DNA of 45,891 nt, filler included, from Sphacelaria rigidula (lineage: Eukaryota): assembly GCA_964200075.2 (NCBI GenBank). It is 2 parts of 2 records of this genome, joined end to end, with 100 filler letters (N's around TTAATTAATTAA, not from the genome) between each part and the next. Parts side by side here need not be neighbours in the genome. Positions count along the whole stretch, not along the records: positions 1 to 22,905 come from CAXNAA020000301.1; positions 23,006 to 45,891 come from CAXNAA020000302.1. The stretch is one strand, 5' to 3'. The translations under genes and the position numbers were made by a program. The notes under the pieces are model-generated. The model saw only the letters and a list, made by a program, of their open reading frames with translations. It was not told where the DNA came from and did not search any database. Position 1 is the first letter of the stretch. Each line of letters opens with the position of its first letter. Positions 13,601 through 23,276 of this stretch are shown here, piece after piece.

Positions 13601-16600
13601 AGCACGGCCCAAGACATCTGTGACAAGCAGCTAAATATCCTCTGTGCCATTGTTCCATGCATGTTACTCAATGGTCGACTTCACGACGTAGGACGCGTCT
13701 GGTTTGCTGGATTGCTTTTCTCGGACTAATTTTTTTCATATTATTAGTTTTTCATCGTTTGATTGTATTTTACATTATTTTCTCTGTACCTTTCTCTTCT
13801 TTTCCTTTTTTTCTTGTCTCAGGTCGGCTATTTCTTTCTATGCTTTGCTTGTGTTGACTGTTTGAATACTTTTTTTTTCGTCACGGCTTAGTCTGCTATG
13901 TCGTTCTGTTTGACCCCCTTTTTTTCTGTTCCTTCTTTCCTCAGAGCGTGTTTCAATTTCGTTTTTCTTAGGTACGTCTATCATGAGACCACGGCTGGAC
14001 CCCCGGGGGGTCAGTTAAAGAGAGACAATCAATCGATCAATCGTCAGTGCTGGATCTTGGCCTGCTTCATGTTGTTTCGTTCCGTGCTTTTCTCTCCTCC
14101 TTTTTTGTTTGTCTCCTCTCTTGTTTTTTTTTTCTTTTCTCGTCTCCACGTCATCTTGTTTCTTCTCTCTTTCTATTTTCGCCTTTCCCCGCTCTGAAGT
14201 TTCCTTCAGAGACTGTCTCCGTCTTGCTCATCTCTGGCGCGTCTCTGTGTTCTGATCACGGCTTATTCGCGGCGGATCAGTGAATTCGCGGCAGTCAATC
14301 AATTTATGTCCTCGCATACCTGGTTGCCGCACATAAGGTACCGCATACCCTGAACGCGCAAGAAAGAAGTGTGAGTGCGGAGATGAATGGGCGAGTAACT
14401 AGATTACTAGAACAGTACAAGAGCCAACATTCTGCGTCTGACTGCGTAGTGTTCCACCAAAATGGGCGTGTATCCCCAAGTCCATTGGTCGCATGTGGCC
14501 TCACCATGTGGCTAGTCAGAACACAAGCCTTCAGAATGATCGCAGCAGATCCTTACATCCAATGGACAATGTTTTCCCGCCAACGCCACAGGAACCGGTG
14601 TTTGGCTTCTTCCTCAGTAATGTGAATGAAGCGCAGTTCTTTCTCCAACCCGGTGATATATTGCAGCGCTGTCGGCGCGGCAATCAAGAGGACTTTCTCC
14701 TTTCCTGAAAGGATGGTCTCAAAGTTTGATGCATGATTCGGAGTACTGTCAAGTATCGCAATGAATCTTTGGGAACAACTGCCGCTGCCCAGAACGAGCT
14801 CGCTCTGTCCCATGCGTGATGCAAAGATACGCAAATTACGGCTTTCCGTTTTATGTTGGAACGTGGAGCACGAAGCATGTTTTTGGGTGTCACATTTTTT
14901 GGTAGTTTCTGGACACGGGTGGCGCCTTGTTGCAACGCCGAGGTGCTTGGACTGACCGCCTGAACCACCAGCATCCAGTGGCGTGCATGGGCATTTCATC
15001 CAACTAAATAGAGAATGCGGACACTTGACTTTTGATTGATTGGTTGATTGATTGACTGATTGATTGAGTAATTGATTGATTGACTTTTGCACTTCAACTG
15101 ACCCCCAAGGGACCCAGCCGTGATCGCATGAAAGACGCACCGAAGAAAAGCAAAGCTCAAGCACTCGCTGAAGAAAAGAGGGAACAGAAGAAAAAAGTCG
15201 AACAGAACGACATAGTAGACTAAGACGTGAAACATTATGGGGAGTTGAAACGAGGCAGATACACACCGCGCGGTAACTCAACGTCGTAGATCCCTGGTTT
15301 GGGGTTTGTCGATGCTGACGAGTACTCTTGGCGTACCCGATAGCTCAACTGAACCGGCTGTCGCGTGTACAACGCAACTTGCACCCATCGTGAAGTGACC
15401 ACTGTTGCGGCGAACTATGGACGGCAGAACATACAGGTACATGTGACAACCCTTCGTGCAGTGCGAGTGGGGTTGTTTGTGCGTGTCATATCTGTAAGCG
15501 GACTGGTTTCGCAGACGCATGGTTCGGCAAAAAAGCGCATGGCATCGTTGCAAGCGCGATAACGCACATAACACAGGAAGCTTCAGTAGTGTCGACGCGG
15601 CGCGGTAGCCCTGGTCCACTCCATGGTAGGACAAAATGAGGCAGGTAGGTAAAAGGGGAAAATAAATTGAATCTCCTGGGACAACAGAAAGGATTCCCCG
15701 CAAAATATTGACCCGTCCAGAGAAGGGGGGGGGTTAAAGGATTCCCCGCAAAATATTGACCCGTCCAGAGAAGGGGGGGGGTTAAAAGTAGACGGGGAGA
15801 AAAACTTCCATTCAGTGACAATACTTGGGGGTTTTGGTACGTAATGGGGGATCAAACGCACCGCTACCGACCCTTTTACCGGCATCTACAAATACATATA
15901 ACAGGGCAGTCGCGTGGTCACCGGTCCTCGAACATACATATCGAGTACACGTCGAGCTATTTGAAAGGACTTTGCAGGCCCCGTCGTCAAATTCGTACCG
16001 ACTACCGACTACCACCGATTCTGAACGTACCGACTGAAAGCACCTGCGTGTCGTATTTGAACGATCAGGCTTTCCCTTCCCGCGTCGCTCCTCAACCCGT
16101 GCCACTCATCGCCGTGCTCCGCCACTGCCTAGGTTACCCGTGACACGGAGCTGTCCTTCGAGTATCAAGTACGCTCCAAAGCAGAACGCGAAGCGCTCGG
16201 TATCAACACAGCGGATTTTCTCTCCTCCTCCGTCAATTCGTCAGGGCCACCGGCTGCTACAGCCGCTTTCGCTCCGTCCGCCTGTGGCAGCGGCGATAAC
16301 GAGAGGGGCACGTCAGCACACCTTCCTTTTCAGGTGTATGTGTGTGCGTGCGTGTGTGTATGGGTGTATTTTGTGCACATTCGCTTGTTCGTTTTGCGTG
16401 TGTATGCGTGAAAAGCGGTGTGAAGGAACCACGTGGGGCTTAAAATTCTAGGTAACGCCATGCGGTCGCCGTCTGAAAATACAGTAACAGTAATGCAAGG
16501 CAACCTGTACATCTTCTCTGCCCAGTTTCCCAGAGAATGTTAGGCGCGACCTCTGACGTGTGTCTGAATTCACTGTACCTGACTCTCGAGCGTCCTGTGG

Positions 16601-19600
16601 CGCGTGTAAACAAGATTGGGGTGCACGGTGGTTGGTGGGGCAATGGTGACACTCTAGCCGCCGACCGAAATGACAAAGACGTACGCCCCAACACAAGCAA
16701 TGGCTGACGCACCCGAGCGATGTGGGGTTATGTAATCGAGGGAATTCTTACTGTTGTGAAGGGTGGTGATCCTGGAGGGTTTGGATATCTTCATTCGCTG
16801 TGGTGTCTGGCTATGACTCCTATCGCTGTCACGTTTTGTCGCCTGCACCAAAGCGTACATATTCGAAATGACAAATACCGTTTTCAGGGATACCTGGACG
16901 TAATTCCGCCAGTCCGGTGTATAATGCACGCGTGCCACAATCAGGTCAAATCTCCTGCCACTTGATCTGCAGGAGAACACCTGAATGTGGTGAAAAAGCA
17001 CCACGTGTACCTGAACACTTCATCCTTTCTTCCAACGGGCATGCGCACGTCGTGCACTCACGGTACAAGCGCCTGCTCTCGATGATAGTAAAGTCGTATG
17101 GTCACTAGCAGTCGGTGCTGTGTTACCACCTACTCCTCTGTCTTGATGAGTTTCCCCTTTCCTGTGCATTTCTGTCCCAAGGCGCTGCAGAAACAAAAAC
17201 ATGTTGTATGCTCATACTCCGAAGTATTATTTTTCCACAATGCCAAGTCGACCATTCTCAAACTCCTCAACCTAACCTTCTATACGTGCCTTGTCGATCC
17301 TCCGAACGCAACAGGTGCAGATTCTCTACACGCGCCCCGACGGTGTGAAATGTGTAAGAGTGTTGACCAAGACCCAGCGCGTGACCAAGGACAAGCGCAC
17401 CGCGGAGAAGGCCATGAAGGTACACGTTCAGACGAATGAAGAGATATCGTTGTCTGAACCAACACCCGAAAAACACCAGAGCTGCGTGCATCAGTACTGG
17501 CGGTTGACTTCACTCACCTCTGGAGGTATTTGCTACCGGTATATTCCACACATAGCTCTCGGGGGTGGGACATGGGACCTCCAGCATTGTTCCTGGGATA
17601 CTGTTCAATTAAAGCCAAGAGGGTGGCGAGTTTTGACAACCGATGTATGCTCGACACTCTTCCCGATGCTGCTGCTGCTGTTGTTGTTGTTGTTGTTGTT
17701 ATGATCGTTGTCGTGATTATTGTGTGCTTTATATTATTGCTCGCCAGCGGTTCCTCATCTGCCGCCATGTGTTCCTTTTCTACGCAGCCTCTTGCAAGTC
17801 TCCCTCTTCTGCCGTATACTTTTGTCGTCGTTCTCACCTTGTGTCCATCCCACGCGTTACTTCATACTCCTGGCTGTTGGTGATGCTGTTGCCGCTACGT
17901 TTGGTTTCGTTGCTCTGTCAGATGGACGTCATTGCTGGCCATGCCTCTTCTGCAATCGGCCGTATGGCCAGCGAAGGTGCCTACCAGAGCAGCCGCGTGA
18001 CAATGCGCGCCTGGAGCAACGTCATGTCGAGGAACGCGAATTGCCAGAGGTCGCTCTCTCAGGTACGACTTTTTCTCAGCTTCCAATTAGAAATCTAGGC
18101 AGGGGCGAAATATTGTAATACATGATCAAAACGAGGAGTAGGGTTGCTCTCTAAGAATTCTGATTATATCTGTATCGGGTAGAAACATTTTACCAGGGGG
18201 AGCCAACTGCTCCCTTTGGTGACAGCGTTGCTGCTGTACGGCTTGTGCTGAATCTCTTTCATATCGGAGTTGTTTTGGTACCTGGTGTTGGGCCAGACTT
18301 GGGAGCCGGGCTTCGGGTCTGGCATGAGGTTGGCTTTGACAAACAGTGTTTGGACGGAGGTTCGAACTAACATGATGAATTCTGGGTCTGCCAGCGCTTC
18401 AACGAAGGATTCGGCTCTCCATCCGTATCAGGAGCGTGTCTTGAGAAGCACACTAGTGGCAGGTCAAATTATGCAATGTTGATTTTTCAAAATCTGATTC
18501 ACGTCGTACAGCTCATGTATCACCTCAACGCTACAGAATCCCGTGTCAAATACGTGCAGTGAGTCTGGCCAACCGAACGAGTACCAGGCAGGCTTCCTCT
18601 CGCCAAGTAAGGAAAACAGTATCACACGGATCGACTTGTTTTACTCGAATGTGTTTGAGGATCAACAAAGTGGCGCCGGATATGGATCTTCTTTTTCTGT
18701 CGCACGTGTGGCTTTCGATTTTCTTGTCATACTCTCCCACTCCTCCTCCTCTCCGGAAATGTCTGTAGCCTCAAGCGATGAACCAATATCTCCCCTGGTA
18801 CCGACCTCACATACTGGTAGTATTGAGGTTAGATCAGCGCTATCGCACCGCGTTCACTCTCGATGATTTTATTCCGCTGGTCACCTATTCATGTTTTCAA
18901 CGAAGGACACCGAACCATGCCCGAATCGATCGTATATGTCGGAATCCGACCCCCCGAGTTCTCTTCACGTCTTCTCTCGGTTATTCATTTTCCATCGTAC
19001 TTTCCTCTTGTTTTCTTTTTTCTTGCTTTAGGTCGGCCATTTCTTTCTGTGCTTTGCTTGTGTTGACTTTCTATTACTTTTTTTGTCACGACTTAGTCTG
19101 TTATGTCGTTCTGTTCGACCACTCTCTTTTTTTCTTTTTCTGTTTCTGTTCCTTTTTTTTTTAGAACTTGTTTGAGTTTCGCTTTTCTTGGGTACGTCTA
19201 TCATGACACCACGGCTGGACCCCGGTGGGGTCAGTTAAAGTGCGACAATCAATCAATCAAATCAATTTGGATCTGCGCTGCTCTTCCTCTATCTTTTGGT
19301 TCCCTCGTGCTCGAGCTTCCCTCGGCGAGTATTTCCGTTTATATTCAATTTGGACGCCTGTGTCACTTGACCACGGCTGGAGCCGTGTGGGATAAATCAA
19401 TTGATGTGCGGCATTCAATCCATCAATTAATCAAGCTTGCAGCGCAAGTGACTCTTGGTTCATCATTTGGACCTTCGGGACGGGGCGGTACTCTGCGCCT
19501 ATCGGCTCTATCTTGTAAGAGCGCCCTCAAGGTGCCATATTGAAAGACTACCTTACCTATGATGACGAATGGCAAAAGCGGTCTTGAATCAGAGTCCGCG

Positions 19601-20428
19601 CTGAGGCAAAAGTTGCGGTGGCCAGTCTGTGTCGCGAGCTGTAGCGTGTGGCCTTGCGTCACGGTTGCCACTAGCGTCGTTGCTCCTCATCGGTGTAGTA
19701 AATGAGATGATCAGCCATGCAACGGCAGAGGGAAAGGGTGCAGAGACAGTGTGTCACACGACACATGCGTCTACAAGACCTCCGCGCATCCAACAGTATC
19801 TCTATGTGTTGATGCCGCATCAGCACTACAGCGCACTCCCTACCCCATCGCCTCGGCATGATCGTGCAGGTCTCTCACTTTGGGACGGAAATGGCGCAGC
19901 TGGACTCTCAGATCATTGGAGCGCAAAAGGCGGAAGGAGCGCCGGATAAGGATGTTAGTAGTTGTTTCATTCTTCTTGTGGCACTACTTAGTTTAGTTCT
20001 CGATGTGATTTCACGTTCAGCGCTGCGTGAAACGCCAGACGGAACTGCGCTATTTAAGTTATGTCATCGTCAATTTATAGCTTTATACCTCGCTGTCAGT
20101 GTCATACTGTGGGACGACTCTAACCTCTAACCCTCCCCACCCCTTTACCTATGGCATGCATGATCATGAGTACACCACCCCTTTACCTACTGCTGCTACA
20201 GTGCCGCTCCCCCTTTCGATGGGCAGTGAAGAGAGTGTGGCCCTGTGTATGATGCCTTTTTCCATGTGTGTGCCTTTGTGTTTCAAGGCGGGCGGAAAGG
20301 TGGACGATGCCCAAGAAAGGTCCACTGCTGGCAAGCAACGCAAGGCGACCCGCTCGACCAACGACAACCTATCCTTCCATCTGTACTCCGCCAGTTCATC
20401 GAACAGCAAAAGGTGTGTATATGGGTAA
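1484..20428 (+). CDS. Multi-exon gene (5'-incomplete): VWA-domain protein, Sec23/Sec24-trunk-like / circularly permutated Ras protein 1-like family
   Basis: Eleven GT-AG-bounded exons join into one 1575-nt open frame: 1484-1606, 2432-2515, 3186-3473, 3883-4020, 11902-12075, 12919-13014, 16133-16333, 17315-17419, 17922-18062, 19870-19953, 20288-20428. Motifs appear in the expected order: VLFVIDTSASM (MIDAS DxSxS), TRLQQVQAVVDAQLE, GTTALGPAV, VLCTDGMANNGVG, SGGTV, GNVTRDTELSFEY, LPFQVQILYTRPDG. Family assigned by motif recognition, not by a database search. Confidence 0.85.
2432..2515 (+). CDS. VWA gene exon (...CFTRLQQVQAVVDAQLE)
   Basis: gag|gtgggt donor; acceptor either tcaag (exon from 2432) or aacag (from 2450), both phase 0. 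Confidence 0.7.
3186..3473 (+). CDS. VWA gene exon (EMAKSTPHRRAGIMSF...GTTALGPAVVSGISMLK)
   Basis: cgcag acceptor, aag|gtacgt donor, 96 codons. Confidence 0.9.
3883..4020 (+). CDS. VWA gene exon (GSGRPGSRMVLCTDGMANNGVG...LGHE)
   Basis: ggcag acceptor, gag|gtcggt donor; TDG carries the MIDAS aspartate. Confidence 0.9.
4380..4556. mobile_element. MITE-like element with ~22-bp TIRs and TA flanks (Tc1/mariner-type signature)
   Basis: ta|atccacggttaggacaaataat ... atgatttgtcctaaccgtggaa|ta; spans a short N gap, so the true length is uncertain. Confidence 0.7.
5485..5673 (+). repeat. Dispersed repeat family A (~190 bp)
   Basis: Colinear with the reverse complement of 45697-45891; fragments at 20149-20181 and 22776-22892. 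Confidence 0.85.
6182..6893. mobile_element. MITE-like element with ~35-bp degenerate TIRs
   Basis: Left end ccagtgactgtttgatcccaaaattcgaggatcg matches the reverse complement of the right end, ctagtgaacgtttgattccgaagtttggggatcg. No coding capacity and no clear TSD. Confidence 0.65.
7130..9130. repeat. Degenerate minisatellite / foldback-like repeat nest
   Basis: Outer arms rich in GAGTAC / ATACCCGGTATTT units, inner arms of ATATCCCAGATGG-like units (~7480-7580 reversed, ~7850-8220 forward), CT-rich core at ~7640-7785. Confidence 0.55.
11190..11427 (+). mobile_element. SINE family B, 5'-truncated copy
   Basis: Shares acgagggaa-gggaccgctga...ggagtactga...actcctgtg...ggcgtgcagaat-gatgggac with 37465-37775 and 44357-44710; ends in a CAA-rich tail. 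Confidence 0.8.
11498..11537. repeat. Tandem duplication with 22-bp period
   Basis: atagattatacttgggag occurs twice. Confidence 0.85.
11902..12075 (+). CDS. VWA gene exon (AAASGIAVDVVSV...SGGTV...PILASQ)
   Basis: tgcag acceptor, cag|gtgtgc donor; follows a 7.9-kb intron. Confidence 0.9.
12919..13014 (+). CDS. VWA gene exon (VSVRVILHKGLMFRN...IVGN)
   Basis: ttttcaag acceptor, aac|gtaagc donor. Confidence 0.85.
13777..14042 (+). mobile_element. Non-LTR retroposon 3' end, family C, (CAAT)n tail
   Basis: T-rich body, ccacggctggacc...ggtcagttaaag, caatcaatc tail; aligns with 18987-19266 and with the reverse complement of 15032-15232. Confidence 0.8.
15032..15232 (-). mobile_element. Non-LTR retroposon 3' end, family C (reverse)
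   Basis: (ATTG)n run followed by aactgacc...ccagccgtg and gtcgaacagaacgacatag...actaag. Confidence 0.8.
15688..15783. repeat. Perfect 48-bp tandem duplication within an older repeat
   Basis: aaaggattccccgcaaaatattgacccgtccagagaagggggggggtt occurs twice; a related gtccagaggaaggggggttgaaagta lies at ~870-895. Confidence 0.9.
16133..16333 (+). CDS. VWA gene exon (VTRDTELSFEYQVR...HLPFQ)
   Basis: cctag acceptor, cag|gtgtat donor, 67 codons; this frame is missing from the ORF track because it has no start codon. Confidence 0.85.
17315..17419 (+). CDS. VWA gene exon (VQILYTRPDGVKCVRVLT...AMK)
   Basis: aacag acceptor, aag|gtacac donor. Confidence 0.9.
17666..17700. repeat. (GCT)n(GTT)n intronic microsatellite
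   Basis: Seen directly in the sequence. Confidence 0.9.
17922..18062 (+). CDS. VWA gene exon (MDVIAGHASSAIGRMASEGAY...LSQ)
   Basis: gtcag acceptor, cag|gtacga donor. Confidence 0.85.
18164..18855 (-). pseudogene. Possible decayed coding sequence inside a VWA gene intron
   Basis: One minus frame of ~230 codons with only 4 internal stops and protein-like composition; no family recognised. Confidence 0.3.
18987..19266 (+). mobile_element. Non-LTR retroposon 3' end, family C
   Basis: Colinear with 13777-14042 and ends caatcaatcaatcaa. Confidence 0.8.
19870..19953 (+). CDS. VWA gene exon (VSHFGTEMAQLDSQII...DKD)
   Basis: tgcag acceptor, gat|gttagt donor. Confidence 0.75.
20288..20428 (+). CDS. 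VWA gene terminal exon (AGGKVDDAQ...KRCVYG*)
   Basis: tttcaag acceptor; in-frame TAA at 20426-20428. Confidence 0.75.
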   Translation, partial: AGGKVDDAQERSTAGKQRKATRSTNDNLSFHLYSASSSNSKRCVYG

Positions 20429-21343
20429 ACGTGTCCCTCTTTCGTCAAATGGCGGCACGAGCAACAGAGTAGGCAACGCTCTACCACCTGAGAGGTGATC
20501 TTCACTGTCGACAACAGGGGCTATCACTGTAAGGCTCCCCGCTGAAATTCATCCACTTCCGCGGCATATCTCCGGTTTTCTGAACGTGGGAAGCACGGCC
20601 GTTGCAAGGAATACCGCGGAAAATTACGCACACCCCGATGCCTTCAAGAACATCATCAAGGCATGTAATGTGATTGCCCCGAAGTACAGCAACTGGCTCG
20701 AGAGAATTCCGGTCACCCCACGAGAGATTGGCATCGGCCGGCAAACAATGAGCCGGAAAAAAATCTGAGAAAATATTGGTATTTCACGAAAACAACAGAC
20801 TGCTGTAACAAATACGTTTCCCACCCAGTGGGGCGTGTGCAATGCTGTGCCCGGGTGCGGGAAGGTATAGCACAACATGGTACACATGGGTCTAAGGACA
20901 CTCCGAACATATAAATCATCATTTGAACACACCCCGAACACGTAAAATATTATTTTCTCGATACGTGTTTTTAGTCATCAGTGCTGAAAATGTGTGCGAA
21001 CCGGTCGACGACCAGCTCTGTAATGTTGCTGAAAATATTTCGTCGGTTGAGCCGTATTGTAAATTGCTCAAGTCCTTTGTGTGATCGACGTTGCGTGATT
21101 TCAGTGTGATGGACAAGAGCATCGTTCTACTGTTCCGATTAGGTGCTTACATTCAGTGTGGGCAAGAATCCTTCAATTCGGGTGAGCGTGAAATCACTTG
21201 GTACAAATGTGTGTTTTCATATGATCGAGGAGTAGTTGATATAAATTTCGTCCCAAACTGATTGGTTTAGGATAGCCCGAAATACCTGCTTCCAGCGTGG
21301 TGATTCTTTTTTATTCGTGAAGCCTAAAACTAGCTGGTGGAAA

Positions 21344-21391
21344 AGGCAAGTAACCACTTGTTCTTAGAGGCAAGTAACCACTTGTTCTTGG
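21344..21391. repeat. 24-bp tandem duplication
   Basis: aggcaagtaaccacttgttcttag followed by aggcaagtaaccacttgttcttgg. Confidence 0.9.
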
Positions 21392-22010
21392 CATGCCCCA
21401 CTTCATCGTCTCGCCCGACTACTCCCATGATCACACCCTGGCCCGATCGCGGGGAATGCTTCACAGCCGACAGTTGATGAAGAAGTTTGGTCTTTGAGAG
21501 AATGGAGTATGACTGGAGTGTTTTTTGCCATAAGAAACGTACCGGGGAGCACAAGATGCGTCAAGTACGCGTGCAAATCTGGTAAATTGTGTGACACATC
21601 AGCTACCGCATCACTCTGGTCGAAGTCTCACAGGAGCGCAAGGAGAATGGGGTAGCAGCGTCGTGAGAATATATTTGTCAGTCAGCCACACCTTCTGTAC
21701 TCGAGCATGATTGTATCAGGTTTGTACCTTGCCCATCTGAAATATATACGGAAGTATTGCTCACGCATGAAGTACAACGAGCGCATTCACTATATGAAGG
21801 GTTATACCCGGGTGCCGATGAAGAAAAAAGGATATGCCGACAGTACCTTGTAAATCTTAGACTTGTTTCAACCTTGAAAAAGCACGTCAGGGTAGATGTG
21901 TTGATATTATATACCACTACATCGGATATGCTGGACGAGCTTCAGCGCACATTTACGTCACCGTAATGGCACTACCTCGTATCCCAGCCATTTGGGCGCG
22001 AGGCGTCTGA

Positions 22011-22337
22011 TACTTTCTACGATAGCCCCCCCCCAAACCAGTGCTGCGTCTCGAAAGGGATGCGTGGTCAATCGTCAAACGACTAAGGCAAGCAACAAAT
22101 GAGTACGCCTCCCCCCCAAAACCAGCCCAAAAGTGCCACGAAACGAATGCTCATGCAGCGCCTGATGTTTGGGTTCAGGCTACATGAGGCGCCTCATATG
22201 GGCGAAATTGGCGAGAACGAACCCAAGCGTGGGAATTTCCAGCTGCTCGTTGCGCTCGGCTTTTCCATTTCGATTTACGTGAACATTTTGCTTCCCCAAA
22301 CTAGGCACTTTTTTGGGGCGGGCTATCGTAGTAAGTG
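22011..22337. mobile_element. MITE-like element with ~32-bp TIRs
   Basis: tactttctacgatagccc...caaaccagtgc at the left end pairs with gcactt...ggggcgggctatcgtagtaagtg at the right end. Confidence 0.7.
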
Positions 22338-22775
22338 TCGCCTGTAGAATCAAGGAGGTCTCCTTACCATCAGCACTAACAACACCAACGCCAAGAGCTT
22401 GTTCTCGCGAATGACATCACAAATAGTCTCCGGCAATACCTCGGAGAGACGAGTTGATCCCTTGAAACCACGGACTCAACCCGAGGAAGGGGAAGGGTTT
22501 CGAGTGTGAAAACATATAAATGTTACAGGGGATTTGATATTCGGAACCTGCAAGTTTTGGGAGGGGATGAAATCGACTATTTGAGAGTCTACTTCTAGTA
22601 GAACGCCTTTTGTTTCGGTTTTGGCAATGGGGGGCATTTTATCGGATTCCACATCGCAGTCCCTTTATTCCTGGAGAACAACGGAGGGGCGTACTCACAT
22701 GTTGCTTGCCTTAGTTATTGGAAAGCTGACCACGCATCCCTTTCGAGATGGAGGGGGGGGGGTGGGGGTGTGGGG

Positions 22776-22892
22776 GTGTGCTCATGACCTTGCATGCGAT
22801 AGTCATATGACCATTGATCTCGCACCCCTACGAAGCTGACTTAGTCTGGTCCGGCGAGAACCCGGCGTGCTCCGTCCCGGCTTTGTAGGGGC
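22776..22892. repeat. Rearranged family A copy (two halves in opposite orientation)
   Basis: 22776-22835 matches family A in reverse and 22845-22892 matches it forward; the copy lies next to the scaffold gap. Confidence 0.65.
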
Positions 22893-22905
22893 GGACCCCC
22901 GATGG

Positions 22906-23005
22906 NNNNNNNNNNNNNNNNNNNNNNNNNNNNNNNNNNNNNNNNNNNNTTAATTAATTAANNNNNNNNNNNNNNNNNNNNNNNNNNNNNNNNNNNNNNN
23001 NNNNN
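22906..23005. other. Scaffold gap with artificial TTAATTAATTAA spacer
   Basis: 44 N + TTAATTAATTAA (22950-22961, stops in all six frames) + 44 N = 100 bp. Confidence 0.95.
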
Positions 23006-23276
23006 CTGCGGTAAAACAATACAGGAGATCGTGGCAGATGAGCGGGCCGTACCATGTATGTTACCTGTTGATCCAACGAGTATGCAGGCGCCGATTTCGA
23101 AAAAATATCGTCTGCCTCGACCGAGCACGCACATGGTATCCAGTGCGTCACCTCGGCTCATCTGCACACATCACTCATCGATGAAGTGGTGACTGGCCGG
23201 TATATCAAAGACCGTCCCGTAGTCTGCAGTCTCACAGACCTCTTGCATTTCGTGCTCATTTTACTACCGGCGGGGG

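Noticed and set aside
20414..20428. C-terminal CVYG as a CaaX prenylation signal
   Set aside because: Y at a2 and G at X are non-canonical, and a possible donor (aag|gtgtgt) makes the terminus uncertain.
20516..21280. Possible MITE bounded by gggctatc / gatagccc
   Set aside because: Terminal similarity is too short and degenerate to call.
15688..21391. Short direct repeats (48 and 24 bp here; 22 bp at 11498) as CRISPR-like arrays
   Set aside because: Only two adjacent units each, no spacers, no cas genes and a eukaryotic context.
22950..22961. TTAATTAATTAA palindrome between N runs
   Set aside because: Symmetric 100-bp six-frame-stop scaffold spacer; not biological.
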